Shown: one piece after another, positions 121,678 to 135,312 of the stretch
Numbering within the stretch: the first letter of the stretch is position 1
Layout: every line of letters begins with the position of its first letter
NCBI RefSeq assembly: GCF_000400465.1
Contig: NW_008806281.1
Location: 20,001-268,000 of the forward strand
Direction of reading: 5' to 3'
DNA length: 248,000 bases
DNA from: Wallemia ichthyophaga EXF-994
Lineage: Eukaryota > Fungi > Basidiomycota
Position numbers and translations under genes: made by a program
Notes under the pieces: model-generated
What the model was told of the DNA's origin: nothing
What the model saw: only the letters and a program-made list of their open reading frames with translations
The model's database searches: none

Positions 121678-122900
121678 ATGGCTTCCTGGTTCACAGCCAC
121701 CACGCATACCGCCGCAATGGATCAGAATCAGAATTTCAAAGTCGGTAGCCCAAATGTCTTCATCGAGGCTGCTAAGGATGCTCGTGAGTCTGCTATATTG
121801 CTGTGTCTTCTATTTTCTAACTCACCGGCAGTCTGGTCGCTACAAGCATGGCTCACCCAGTGTATGTCCAGCCGCACCAAAACTATCAATATAAACGGAA
121901 CTCAATATAATATCATAAAATACCTCTCAGAAGGCGCGTTCAGCTACGTGTATCTCGTCAGCGACGCGGACAACGTCTACGCGCTCAAGAAGATCACAAA
122001 CGGCGGCTTCGAAGGTGAAGTGGGATGCTACCAGCGATTCAAAAGCAAGTACATAATAAGTCTCCTCAACTACTCCATTCAAGATGGCGCTATCAACCTC
122101 ATCCTCCCCTACTTGAAGAAAGGCAACTTGCAGGACTATATCAATCTCAATTCCACCTTGGATGAGCGCATGTCGCTGCAACTGTTTAGTGGTGTGTGTC
122201 AGGGTGTGCAGGTGCTGCACAATCACTACCCCGCACACTCTCACTCCCGCTCTAGCTATCCTCCATCCTCAATTGACCAGGATGTCAACGACGAAGAGGG
122301 CGATCAACCTGGTCACGTCCCATACGCACACAGGGATATCAAACCAGGGTGGGTAGCCTTCGCCCACTATTACACCCCGCTGACCCAACTCATCCTCAAG
122401 GAATGTAATGCTCGCTGATGACGGCACACCCGTATTGATGGACTTGGGTAGCTGCATCAAGGCTAGAGTGCGCATTCATAACCGGTCACAAGCGCTCGTG
122501 CAGCAGGACATGGCAGCTGAGCACTCCTCTATGCCGTACAGGGCACCTGAGCTGTTCGATGTGAAATCGGATACCACTTTAGACGAGAAAGTCGACATAT
122601 GGGTGGGTGTTTATCGTAGCGAGGAATTTATCTTTCTGACATCAACAATAGTCTTTGGGTTGCACCCTCTATGCCCTCGCTTACTCTCACTCTCCATTTG
122701 AAGATCCAAAACAGGCCGCACAGGGTGGCTCTATTGCAATGGCTGCTCAGAGCGGCAGATTTACTTACCCTGCTAATGACACCCACTCGGATACATTCAA
122801 AGCAATTATAGAAGCTTGCTTGAAAATAGATCCTTCGAAAAGACCAACTATAAATCAACTCATCAGCATGACCGAACATGCCCTCAGTGTCGGTGTTTGA
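121678..122900 (+). CDS. ENV7: NAK/STK16-like Ser/Thr kinase
   Basis: EGAFSYV; HRDIKPG; MDLGS; YRAPE. Confidence 0.85.
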
Positions 122901-123022
122901 GAGGCACTTCACATATGCACACGATGTCCACCTACTACACGTTTCAATCGCGATTAATATGTACTTTTACAAACCCAAATAAAAATGCACTATGATGCCA
123001 GAATGCCACTGCCCCTGCCACA

Positions 123023-124290
123023 CTAAAATCTAAATGGCCCCTGATTGCTCGATGATACACCCGGAGACAGCATACCGTTGTTGGTCGTGTATGGCGGTGG
123101 TGGAGACGTCGATGTATTCATCCCAAAAAACCCAGGCGACAGTCTCGGTGAGGGCATGTTAACGTTTGGAGATGTGATTGGAATGTGCATCTCCCCATCT
123201 TTGTCTGAATGCGGTTTGAATCGTTTAGGCAGCAGTCTGTCTAAAGTGCGAACTGCGAAACGAGAGCAACACCACACACCACCAATCAATGCCGTCAACC
123301 TGATGAGGAGCTTAGTGAATGACATAGTAGTTGCGTTCATTTGTAGATGAATTGGCTCGAGATCGTATCTGAAGAAAAGTCCCGGAATACCTCGCTGGTG
123401 GTTGCTGATGGTTTTAATATCCTCGCGTGCCGAGTACTGATTCGTCGAGAGAGAGTGCCCCGACGCGTCGACATACGTCGTTGGAACTACGTGCATGAAA
123501 TACTGGTATACTGGGAAATGGTTGTTTGAAATCTCGACACTTCTGTCGAGCGGCTGTGCTATGTAAGGGAAGTGCTGACCGAATGAGAATTCGTCGATAG
123601 TGTGAGAGAGGTTCATTACTGGGAAATATGTGAGTGTTTTACTTTTATGCAACAGCTCGACCAACATTTATGATCCGTGTGCTCCAGGCTGCTATAGCCA
123701 TGACCAAGAGTAGTGATATGCATGTTACCGTTGACCTTCTTGGTTTCGACGCTGCCGTAGAGTCTACATGCTGGACCATTCTTGATGGGTTTCTTGGTTT
123801 TCTTGAAACGATTACGCGTACCCGTAGGTCTGAACCACTTCCTGCCTTTCCTGCTATCCTTTACAATACGACTGAGGGTGCTCTGCTTGTCGTGGCCCAT
123901 CTGATGGTATTTCTCCGGCTCAAAGGTGGTACCATCCTTTTGTATTCTATCGCTCAGCTTCAGCCTGTCGCCTACAGCATCCCTTATGTCTACATTAAGG
124001 TAATGGCAGGGCATAGCGACTGTGAGATCGACGTTCAGTTGCATTTCTCTTTGTGTGGTGGTATCTACGCTGAATTGATATTCGTTGTGTCCATACAGCC
124101 ATTCGCCGATTTCATGAAACACAAGCAGCACTAAAGTAAATATAACAACCACTGTCGCTATCCCGCCCCGTTTCGAGCGTATCTGTGAATATGTGAGTTG
124201 TGTTGGCCGGTGATGTGTTTGCGTATACGCACCGTGTACGTCGGCTGCGTCTTGGGGAAAGCGTCAAATGTTCTCAACGGCGGCATCGAC
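123023..124290 (-). CDS. ERV41: ERGIC vesicle protein (Erv41/ERGIC2-3)
   Basis: DAFPK; ACRLYGS; NLSHTIDEFSFG; PGLFFRYD. Confidence 0.88.
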
Positions 124291-124466
124291 ATTGCAGAGC
124301 TCATTTCAATTGATAGTCACCGTCGCGGTTCAAGGAGATAGCGGGCGCAACCAAGAATGCTACCGTTTAGCGCGTTTGATTGGAATGTTAGTTTTATTGA
124401 TAAATTTCATTTGACACGCATTCTCTCGTCTATCTTACAGCCATCTTATAGCCAAGTAGAGACGCT

Positions 124467-126142
124467 ATGGAATGGGAAGGCGAGGCTAGAATTAAAGGTC
124501 CAGAATGGCTACACAAGCCACTGCTCACATTTAGTCTTTTTGGCCTGCAGCTGGTTTGGAGCGTAGAGCTCTCAATGGCCAGCCCATATTTGCAATCCTT
124601 AGGCCTATCTAAAGCTTCTATATCTTCTGTCCTCCTAGCAGGGCCACTCAGTGGTCTAGTAATGCAGCCAACGATTGGTGCACTCGCAGACAGCACAAAG
124701 TGCAGATTCGGCAGAAGGAAGCCTTATATCATAGCTAGCGTGCTACTCAGTTCCCTGAGCATCCTCCTTCTCGGTTACAGTCGCAAAGTAGCTTCTATTT
124801 TCACCACTATCAACACTCAACCCAACGATGACCTCACTATTTACCTTGCTGTTCTTGCCGTATACCTCGTCGACTTTTCCATCAATGCAGTCCAAGCTGC
124901 CGATCGAGCACTCATCGTAGATACCCTGCCATCCTTTGAACAGGAAGGCGCAAATGCCTGGGCCAGTCGCATGATCGGTGTTGGTAGCTGCATCGGTTAC
125001 TTCATCGGCAACATCGACCTTACTAGATACCTTTCCATCTTGGGAGACACCCAGCTTGAAATTCTGTCATCACTTGTCGCTTTCTTTGTCGTGGTCACTC
125101 ATTTTCTCACGTGTTTTAGCGTGTCTGAGAGGATCCTCGTGAGAGACCAGGGCACAACCAGCATAAAGCAGGTATTCAAGACTCTCTTTACCACTAAACC
125201 ACCTCCCAGAGTACGCAAGTTGTGCATAATACAATTCTTCGCTTCAATGGGATGGTTCCCAGTCATGTTCTGGTCAACTTCTTACATTGGAGAGCTCTAT
125301 CTGGATGATAGTAGCCTGAGTGATGCTGATAGCCGGACAGCAGATGAGGCGACGCGAGTTGGTACGCGCGCCATGCTGTTTCAGGCTATCGTGTCTTTTT
125401 CAACCGCTGTCATACTCCCTACACTCATAATACCACTTGTCAAGCCCCAGGGAACTGTACAAAAGACCCGTAATACACTCTCGAAGCTCATAAAAAAGCT
125501 TTTACGGCCATCGCTATTGGATCTGTCTTCTGTGAGGGAATTGCGGCTGAAACGACACTCCAATTCTAACAATATTTGCAGATGTATACCATGTCTCACA
125601 TTGTCTTCGCGGTAGCCATCTTTAGTGCTAGCTTCTCGTCTTCTTACGTCGTTTCGTCGGCAATGGTTGCTGTTGTTGGATGCACTTGGGCGCTCGCCCA
125701 ATGGGCGCCTTTTTCTCTTCTAGGCGAGAGCATACTCTTGGATGCGAAGAATGGGGAAATAATGTACGATGCGGAAGACGTCGAAAGAGAAGTACTGTTT
125801 GATAGCAATAGTTCTAGCACCGAGCATTTGCATCCACCATTACCCCTCCAAGCCCCGCCAAACGCCATCGACGTCACTTCGTCAAGCCAAGCTGGTGTCA
125901 TGCTTGGTATACTGAACGTATCTACGGTCGTACCTCAGTTTTTGATTACTGCAATCTCGTCGTTTATCTTCTCCTTCATAGAGCCGAAGAAAAATGGTCT
126001 TGAGCATAGATCGGCTGGTGCTGATTTCGAAAACACTAATACAAGAGGTATAGGGATAATCATGCGGATAGGTGCATGCGCGGCACTCGTGGCGGCTATT
126101 TTGAGCTACAGATTTACCAAGGATAGGTTGTCTCGTAGATGA
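124467..126142 (+). CDS. Sucrose/alpha-glucoside transporter-like MFS
   Basis: AGPLSGLVMQP.IG..AD..RFGRRKP; WAPFSLLG. Confidence 0.88.
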
Positions 126143-127437
126143 AGGCCATAATGAAACATGGATAAGTTGGATAATCTGTATAATTTAAGTACATTGATCA
126201 TTAAGGTATATATTGCGATGTTTCGTGCAACGTGTGTCGGTGCATTCTTCATTCTCAACTTTCAACCTCACTCTTCATACTCTCATTAATAGCGTATTCG
126301 GCAATCAAGCATAGTTCTTTGTACTGCAGCTCCTCTAAGACCTTCTTTGCTTCTGGGCTATTCGACAACTCTATCTCCTCCACCTTGTCGACCACCTTGG
126401 CTGGCTGAAGTTTAGCGTTATATACTTGCTGTAGCAGTGGATGCTTCACTCTCGCAAACCACCTGTACACAGTTCGTCAGCGTGGCGACTTTGACTTCGG
126501 ATGCAAATGAACCGACCATTTGGAATTCCAGAAATCACCTTCTCTCCTATGCACAATGGCATGCAAATAATCGAGCAACGAATCGCCTTGGTTCATTTCA
126601 GCGTAGTAGTGTGTGCTTTTTATATCGTCATTGAGCATGTGCAGTGCTGCGCAGGGGTAAGTCGGCTGTGCGAGAAATTCAAAGACCCCACTAACAAGCT
126701 TTTACATGAAAACTGGCAGCGAGTTTATCAATGTCGCCCGTTAGAGGCGGATAGTACACTTCTTGGTCGAGGTTGAGTGCCGGAAGCGGGTCGCGCTGTG
126801 ATAGTTGGTCGTATATCATTCGAACTGTTCTTGTCATTATCCTTTTTTCTCGTATTCTCGACCCGGGGAAATTAGATTTCGGTGCGATGGTTGTCGAAGT
126901 AAAAGGAAAAGTTGTGTTGACACTTGTTGCACAGTGTAAACTTTCTTATTGGCTTTTCTTTAGGCTTTGATATAAGTTTGGTTTGCTCAATTTTTGCCCA
127001 CGTAAACCTGTTCTCCTGATTGAAATTCGAAATTCCAAAAGTCCGGTTTCCTATGAGGTCATTTCTTTCTGAGAAAAGTCACGTTAATTTTTGATCAATT
127101 TTGTTTGAAGCTATGCTATTATATGCTAGTATGGCTGCTTTATCTTTTATGAGTACCCCGACACAGGTGTCTCGGCGTGACTCGGAATTAATTAAGATGA
127201 AAGATTTGAGGACTCAGACCCAGACTCAGTTCCGGAACAATTCAAAGGGCTATAAATATGAAACAATTGGTTGATTGTCTCAGAAATTGGTTTGTTGGCT
127301 TATATCAGTCTTTCTAAAACTTTGATTGGCAAGCTGATCTCTTCATCACAGCTTTATTTCGACAACTTTTCCGCAACAGCAAATTGAAGCTAACTTGAAA
127401 CAACCTAAGTAGCTCTTTCTTTAAACTGATACCTCCT

Positions 127438-127845
127438 GATGATGATGATGATGATGAGATCTGATTATATTGTTAAGACGATACATGTTAGAAACTGCGT
127501 CATCAATACTTCTTATAGCATGAGGAGTCAAAAGGGGTGCTGAAATTACTGGAAGCTTTTCTTAATTCGTAATTCGTGAATTGTTGGTGATTCTCAATTA
127601 CGCTGAATCACCGGAGTATCTTTGGTACGTAGTCAATTGCGGTTTGAAGGATTCGTACAGGGCTTGTAGAGAGCGTGAATTTCTGTGTATTGATCCTAAT
127701 TCGAACCGAGTATTGATCTTGGTAATCTTTCTTCTTAATGTGATTCTGGCCATTTTATGTCTTTTGCAGACGAAAGTTCTATGGGAGATGTTGTCCTCTG
127801 TGCCACACGCACAGCATTGAGGCAAATTGATCAGTCGGAAACGGC
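127438..127845 (-). mobile_element. 5'-truncated non-LTR retrotransposon, family A copy 2
   Basis: Homologous 3' end; (CAT)~7 tail; 12-bp TSD CTGATACCTCCT at 127426-437 and 127846-857. Confidence 0.93.
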
Positions 127846-127946
127846 CTGATACCTCCTTCGTCACGTATCTTAAACTATTATAAGGTCGATAATAATAACT
127901 GATAAACTTAAAATTTTACCAGCTAAGTTAGCGTAACGGTTCCACC

Positions 127947-128056
127947 GCGGCATGGGTCCGATGGTAAGATTCTATCTTAGGGTTAGTAGAAGTTGAGGCA
128001 AGCGCCTCCTTTTAATAAGCCTGATAGCGAACCGGGTTCGATTCCCGGGTGCCGCC
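127947..128056 (+). tRNA. tRNA-Pro(AGG)-like gene with ~37-nt intron and atypical A-box
   Basis: GCGGCAT/GTGCCGC acceptor; CTATC-TT-AGG..GATAG; GTTCGATT; T-run. Confidence 0.75.
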
Positions 128057-128924
128057 GTCTTTTTTATTTTTTTCTTTATTGAGTAACCCTAGACCTATGT
128101 GGCCTATTAGGACTGTGCGCAAGAAATTACTTTCCGATTATGTGCAAAGCCCAATGCCAGCAAATAAGCAATCAAGTCTGTTGACACGCTGCGTCATCTG
128201 TCGTTGAAGTCGAACGCGATCAAATAATATGGGCTGAGTTAACGCCAAGACCATCATCAGCCTGGGCGTAAAATGTCTCAGCCGGATATTGCAGCACAGT
128301 TGCACAATCAATAGCTTAGCTAACGCTGCATGAGTACCCTGCTCCCCACTCTCTGAAACCACTCACTTCTGTAACATGAAGATGGAACTAGATAGCGGAG
128401 TTTGGGTGTTGATAGCATTTAGTGAGCTCATATATGTTCTAACTCCAGATGGCTAAAATCAAAAATAGTAATCACAATCATTGTTTGCGTGTTTGGTATT
128501 GTCCTGGCAATGCTTCTCAAGCTGTATCTATTCAAGAAAAGTGGTGGACAGCATATTATCCCGGATGAGACAAGCACTCATGACAAAGAGATGGCAATGC
128601 ACTGTAGTGAAGATCTTCAGAATTCTACACTTATTCAAATCTTTAGAGACTTAGAATAAGTTATATTCGATGTACAAAAAGCAAAGAGTGAAGTGATGCC
128701 GGCGTGTATATCAGGAACTGTGATTAATTGATTTTGTTAGCATATGAGAGGCGTGTGTGTCATATCTGTGATTAAATCATCTCTTAAAGTATGAAGAGCC
128801 AATTTGTAGCTAGAACGGCTTCTTAGTATAAAGAAGAGTAATTTTAAGTGAAGTGAAATGACGTGGTCCGAGTGGTGTGTGTGGATGTGTGTTTATGTTT
128901 GCATTGTGGTGATTTGCAAAGCTA

Positions 128925-131005
128925 TCAATGTGCTTGCCCAATGGCACTGTCAATATAGAACCCTTGCAAACTATCTTCAATCGTCATCAGGTCGTTATCG
129001 TCAGACTCCTCGAGCTTGATATACGGTGAATGTGATTTGAACTTGTGTGAATGTAGGTCGTTAGGAGGCAGAGAATGTGGCGAGAATATTTCAGTATGAT
129101 ATAACTTGTCAGCTTCTGCACTTAGTATGTCGCCAGATGATAGCGAAATGCGCTCGTCTTGATCCGCCGAGCGCGGTGTGTGCGGTGTGTGCGGTGTGTG
129201 CGATGCATAAGCCATCCGTGGCGAGTATAGCGGGTGTACCAGCGAGTACAGCTGCTCTTCCCGCGCGGGCGGTATCGGCAATTCAATGTCCTTCGTGTCT
129301 GGTGTTTGGACGGCAGACGGAGGATTAGAATGGGAGTGGGAGTGGGAATGTAGAGAGCACGCTGCCTTTTGCAAGATCGAGACTTCATCTTCCGTGTCGA
129401 TAGTGCCAAGTGGCGTACCCAGCTCGACGACTTCTTCGCTCTCTTTTAACGAAGTGCCAGTTGGGGTTCCAAGCTCTTCGACTACATCATCTTGCTCGAT
129501 CTGTTCAAGATACCGCTCTTCCTGGGCAAATGAAGCACTCCTGTCATAGACACTCCGCATCACTCCTTCCTCCTCCCGAGGGTCTTCCGTGTGACGATGT
129601 AAATTTCCACTTTCATGTGAGTGAGTTGACGCTTTAGTTGATGAATAAGCTATCGACGTTTCGAATGAGTTTCTAGGCGTAGGTTGTTGGTTATCGTTAG
129701 CACCATAATTGAAAACACGGATAGGTTTGCGAGGGATGGAGAATTGGTCTGATTCGAAGGACATTTGGTGCCTAGGTTGCGGTCCCGAATTGAAGTGAAG
129801 AGGGAGCTGAACCTCTTCAACTGATATAATAGACTTGCATTCGGGTTGAGGGTGCTGTGGTTCGACGTGGTCTAAAGGTTGAGTGGGTTGAACAGCTTCG
129901 GTAGATTCAGTAAGTTCCTCTGTATTTTTCATACTGCGAAGAAGCGAAGAATGCCTTTTTTCAATGGATATCCCTCCACTTGTTCTTCTGCTTGCTCTCT
130001 CCCTCGCTCGTCCTCTTGATGGCAGTTGTTCACGTTCTTCGGTATTCTCTTCCTCGTGACTATCACCTAAAATCTTTGATTCACGTCTTTCTGGGGAGTA
130101 TCCTGAAGGGTCTTGAATTACATAATGTTCAGGGTTTGTTCGCGGCGTCTCAGAGTTGCCGAAGTTGCCGAGACTCTCGGCGGGAAACTGATGGGCACGA
130201 AGCATGCTAGAGTTCGAGGAAAGAGGCTGCCTTTCGGCCATAGATTCATCCTCTTCCTTGAGTGGTTCGACTGGAGAGATCGTAAGTTGGGAGTTGTGCA
130301 TATGGAACAACCACACTTACCAGTACTCAACCAAGCCTGTATAGGTTCCCAATCGTCGTGAATATCTTTCATTGGGTGCTCATTGATAGTGGGTATCTGA
130401 TCATTATCTGCAGCAACGGAGCTAAATCTTTGAGGTACGGCAAAATGAGTAGCCGGAGAAGTGGGCAGGCTGGACATGGATGGCTTCCTAAGGTTAGTCG
130501 ATGAAAAGGCCTTCCTTGGGAAATTGAATAGACTGAGCGTGTTCCTCTTCCGCACACCAGAAAATTGTGATTGAGAATGACTTGTATTTCTTTTAAGTGA
130601 TTGAATTGTATGCCAAAGAGAGGAGCTTCTCTTATCTGTTGATTTGTTTGAAGAAGAATGCTGACTTTGACTAGATTGTCGGTTTCGCAGCCGCTCTTGT
130701 TCCTGCTGCTGCTGCACGGTCAAACTCGATGCACGCGACGGCACCGGTGGTTGAGCTTCCGGCCTCACTAGCGATGACTGCCTGTTTGGTATATAAGAGG
130801 ACGGTAGTGGTACGTTGAATGTGTTTTTCGGTGGGTTTGATGTATCCTCGATGCTCTCGCTGCTCTCGCTTGGATCCCCATCCGAACCGGACGGCGGTGT
130901 GAGATCGCTGGGAGCAGGTGACGGTGTTCGCGATGCACTCTTTGGCCGTCTTGCAGATCGTTGTGGTCTCGCTGGCCTCTTCTGAGGCACCTCGAGATTG
131001 CTCAT
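128925..131005 (-). CDS. Hypothetical low-complexity protein (spliced)
   Basis: Two long ORFs joined by an intron near 130330. Confidence 0.55.
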
Positions 131006-131158
131006 GGTGGAGGTGTAACTTCAAGTGGAAGGAGCGCGGAAAAACAAAGCGTTAATTTGGTCAATCAGGAACTCTGATGTTGTATATGTTAGTAGATCAT
131101 TTGGTGCTGGAGTGTAATCGCTACAAACGCGTATAACCGGTCTCTTAATCGTGCAGCC

Positions 131159-132429
131159 ATGACGCTCGGATATGCAAAGTTACAGGATGGACGGATAGAC
131201 GGTGCAGATGGTGCAGGTGGTGTGGACAGCACGCATGAGCCACCGCACACGATCCACTCCAACTGGAACAAGGCTGATGCAAATCTCGAGGAAATCACGC
131301 TGGACGATCTCAGCGAGCCAGTCGAGCCAGCGCCACTGAAGCGCTCCCTGATAGCCGGATGCGGGCCACTCGGGCGCAACTACACTCCCAGCTCCATCTA
131401 CGAGTCTGCGGCCCCCGTTGAAGCCGTCAAAGTGGCATTAGACAATGGTCGGTGGCGGCTTATAAACTGTGGAAATCGAACGCTCTCTCTTACATTGCAT
131501 ACACAGGTGTGCGTGCTTTCGATAACGCCCCTCACTACGCACCCGCCGAAGCCGTTCTCGGCCGGGCGCTTAACATCCTCGAGCCATTGCACCCGAGGCA
131601 CACATACACGCTCATCACCAAAGTCGGTCATTACGGCGATGAGGTCAATTACAGTGAGGCGCGTATTCACGAATCTCTCCGCAGATCGTTTGCATATCTC
131701 AACACGGACTACCTAGATATCGTCTACCTCCACGATGTCGAGTTCGTAGCGGAGGCGATAGCTGATATCAACGAGGCTGGTCAGCCAACAAGAGTGCTCG
131801 ACAATCTCCAAAAGTACAATTTGACTGGTGAGCCGAGGATACTGGGCAAGGGCGACGAAGAGGTGCTCAACGCCCTACGGATACTCAACGGGTATAAGAA
131901 AAAAGGCAAAATACGCAATATAGGCGTTTCCGCACTACCCTTACCAACACTGCTGCGTGTTTCTAGGTTGGCTATTAGCCACCTCGGAAAAGATTCACTG
132001 CAGTATGTCATGTCGTATGCTAATCATGGCCCTCAAGCGCTCGCTCCACCCAGCTATATCCAAACCAATTTTGAAGCATTCGAGGGGCTGTTTGATGACA
132101 GTATCTCTCTCGTCACTGCTAGTCCGTTCGCTATGGGCTTGCTCACTCCTCAAGGCCCCCCAGACTGGCATCCTGCGCCAGATGGTCTCAAAGATACTGC
132201 AAAACGCACAGTGAAAGCGTTGGGCCAGGAGGCTAGCAAAGCTGCGGCGAGCTTCTCTATGCGCAAATATACAACTGTCAGCGGTTGGCAGAATGCAGAT
132301 GAGGTAAAACAGGGTCTGGAGGCGTACCATGACTCAAAAGCCAGCGAAAGTGACTTGGAGAGAAAGCTCGTTGATGCCTTCATAAAGTCTGGATGGAGTG
132401 GCTATGTTTGGAGTAGCGGAAGGGTGTAG
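131159..132429 (+). CDS. Aldo/keto reductase (D-arabinose dehydrogenase-like)
   Basis: FDNAPHY; TKVGHYG; LDIVYLHDVEF. Confidence 0.85.
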
Positions 132430-132541
132430 CTGTAGTGAATAGAATTTATAGAATACTGAGAGTGTACCTAGACAATGATATGAAATAGCGAGCTTAATTG
132501 TTTTGATGAAGTTTCTAAAACAAAACGATTGCAAAAATATT

Positions 132542-132614
132542 AGCCCCACGCGGGGCTCGAACCCGCAGCCTTGTGATTAAGAGTCACACGCTCTACCGAT
132601 TGAGCTAGCAAGGC
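132542..132614 (-). tRNA. tRNA-Lys(CTT)
   Basis: Identical to the other copies. Confidence 0.97.
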
Positions 132615-133692
132615 TGTTAATAGCGTTCTCAACAATTTACAATATAATCTTAATTTGTGCAAAAGCAAAGATGTCACAAGGCATCAAATTTTGACATTAT
132701 AGACGTCAAAATCACACAATAATAGACAAGTTCGACAAAATTTCTACTTTGATGCTTTAGTGAGTAAAAACGAGTAATAGTTGCAAATATGACGGTTATC
132801 TCATCAAAACAACAAAAAGAGGCATTCTGCAGTATCTTTGAAAGTATAAGTGCTCTTCTGTAGCTGAAATATGCTGCTTAGTGTAATAAAAGCTCTATGA
132901 GCATAGTAATAACCTTCCAATAACAGTTTGAACTCAGTCGATTTTCGAGGAGATGACATATTCAAGAGTGTTCTTAAAGTCATACAAAAATATCATTAAA
133001 GCAACACGATACTGTCTCAATGAACCCAAGACTGATTTAAAAGTTCATGATATTGATGTGTTAACGCCTCAAATACCCAAGAAAATAATGGGTACCTGTG
133101 ACGCAAAAAAATGATTGAAATTCCAAATTGCTTGTTGTATCTACCACTACTTCACTTGTAGCACTTTTAGTCACCGATCTGAATCACCTCTGCACGTGCA
133201 TCAATGATATCACGAGAGTCATAATATCAGAGTGAAGACTTAGTGATTCAAGCCATGCTAGGTTCAAGAAAAGGAAAACCTTAGATTGCTTAATTTATCA
133301 TCAAATTCTTCCTATAAACGTGTTCAATGGGTTAGGTGTTGTTTAGCGCTCTGCAATGGTTACAATGGTTTTGGCATGTCTCAGAGATAGACATTTGAAA
133401 AAGAGAAATACACACTCCTAAAACCCTGAGAGGCACAAATTCTTAAAATTGGCCTTATATTCTGTAAATTGCCGATACATGCTTTTGTACCTGAGTCGTG
133501 CAGCGAGCGATTCACAAGGCGTTTTGTGCCAAATAATTGAGCCGCACCAATTTATCACAGGTATCTCGACAGGGGGACGTAAAGCATAATAAATAAAGAA
133601 AGAACAAAAGAGTGAAACGTGAGAGTGAGTGAAGGGTATAGACAATTCTCGTAAACAGAAATATCGTTATTAAGCTCAAGTAGCAGATAAGA

Positions 133693-134772
133693 CTAACTAG
133701 CAGAATCGATCGACTGCCTCCTCTCAGAGGCTGTGATGAAACTAGCAGCAGTGGTAGCAATAGTAGTAGAGCTCTTCTTATAATTAGAAGCAGGATTATT
133801 GTAAACTAAATCAGGACTGCGGATAGGATTGAGCGGACTAGTGCCAATGTTGTAGCTACGGAGAGATTGAGTGGTGTTTGAATCGAAACTTTCTCGGCGA
133901 CTGTTAGGTGCCAGAGCTCTAGTGGAGAATTCGTCGTCATCGAGTTTGAGTGAGGAGTGCAGGCTAGATTTAGTGATAGAATTTGAGTTGTCATTGTGGT
134001 AAATTCTTCCAGCGTTTGAAGAAGCGAGAGTCATGATTGAAGCGTCGTCATTAGGGGGAGAGAGAGGACGTGGATTGTTGTGTAGTTGAGGACGTGTGTA
134101 CGTGGGAGGGGTGTTGTAAGAGATCTGGGCGTTGTGAGAGTTGTAAGAGGAGTTCGGATTAAAATGAGGAGAAGACGGAGAAGCCTGGGCGATTTGAGCG
134201 ACTTGATGAGATTCTAAAGAGGATCTATCGTGTGGATCGATGGATAGCAGAGTAGTTGGCTTAGTACTGGCTTTAGAAATAAAAGTATTCGATTCGTTGT
134301 CGTCGTCGTCGTTGTCTGGATGATCGGTGTTAAGAGTGGAATGAGAATGAGTATCTGGATCGCTGTCAATGGAGTTGGAAGTGAAGCTGATGGACTTCTT
134401 GCTATTGAGGGGTTTTAAGCTTGCGTCATCGTCTGCGCCGTTGTGTGGGCCGATTGAAGATTCTGGGTAATTTGATCGCTTGATAGTGGAGAATGAGGTG
134501 TGGTTGACGACGCCATTGAGAGTGGACCTGCGCTTAGAAGATGGCTTTGGCGTATCGTGTAGCTCGTAATCGTAAGCAAAACCGGGGGCAGGGGGAACAT
134601 TAGTGGAAGAGCGTCTACCAAGGCGTTTACTCAGCCAATTGATGATTGGCTTCCGATCTTTCTTTTTAGTGGCTGAGATTGGAGTGGTGGTGGGTGTTGT
134701 GTGTGGTTGTTGCTGTTGCTGTTGTTGTTGCTGCTCTCTCTCCTCAGAAGATCTCATGACTGTGAGCTGCAA
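133693..134772 (-). CDS. Hypothetical S-rich protein
   Basis: 359-aa ORF; DDASIMTLASS motif. Confidence 0.6.
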   Translation of the reverse strand: MQLTVMRSSEEREQQQQQQQQQPHTTPTTTPISATKKKDRKPIINWLSKRLGRRSSTNVPPAPGFAYDYELHDTPKPSSKRRSTLNGVVNHTSFSTIKRSNYPESSIGPHNGADDDASLKPLNSKKSISFTSNSIDSDPDTHSHSTLNTDHPDNDDDDNESNTFISKASTKPTTLLSIDPHDRSSLESHQVAQIAQASPSSPHFNPNSSYNSHNAQISYNTPPTYTRPQLHNNPRPLSPPNDDASIMTLASSNAGRIYHNDNSNSITKSSLHSSLKLDDDEFSTRALAPNSRRESFDSNTTQSLRSYNIGTSPLNPIRSPDLVYNNPASNYKKSSTTIATTAASFITASERRQSIDSAS

Positions 134773-135312
134773 ACAAGTTCAAGTGACGTGAGCCATTCAA
134801 CATGAAAGATACAAGAAGGAATTTATTTAATTCCCTAAAACACCCTTTTAACCTCAATAAACATTTCCTTGCAAATCTACGTGGGTTGCTGTGAGCCTGT
134901 GTATTCTGCCCGCCGTCTCACCCACCTTACACCTCCCGCCAGTACCTTGCCTCCTCGCGTCTGTTTTGCAACTCAGCCAATTGATGATTGGCTTCCGATC
135001 TTTCTTTTTAGTGGCTGAGATTGGAGTGGTGGTGGGTGTTGTGTGTGGTTGTTGCTGTTGCTGTTGTTGTTGCTGCTCTCTCTCCTCAGAAGATCTCATG
135101 ACTGTGAGCTGCAAACAAGTTCAAGTGACGTGAGCCATTCAACATGAAAGATACAAGAAGGAATTTATTTAATTCCCTAAAACACCCTTTTAACCTCAAT
135201 AAACATTTCCTTGCAAATCTACGTGGGTTGCTGTGAGCCTGTGTATTCTGCCCGCCGTCTCACCCACCTTACACCTCCCGCCAGTACCTTGCTTCATCGC
135301 GTCTGTTTTGCA
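134629..135312. repeat. 342-bp direct tandem duplication
   Basis: 134629-134970 repeated at 134971-135312 with 2 visible substitutions. Confidence 0.95.
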
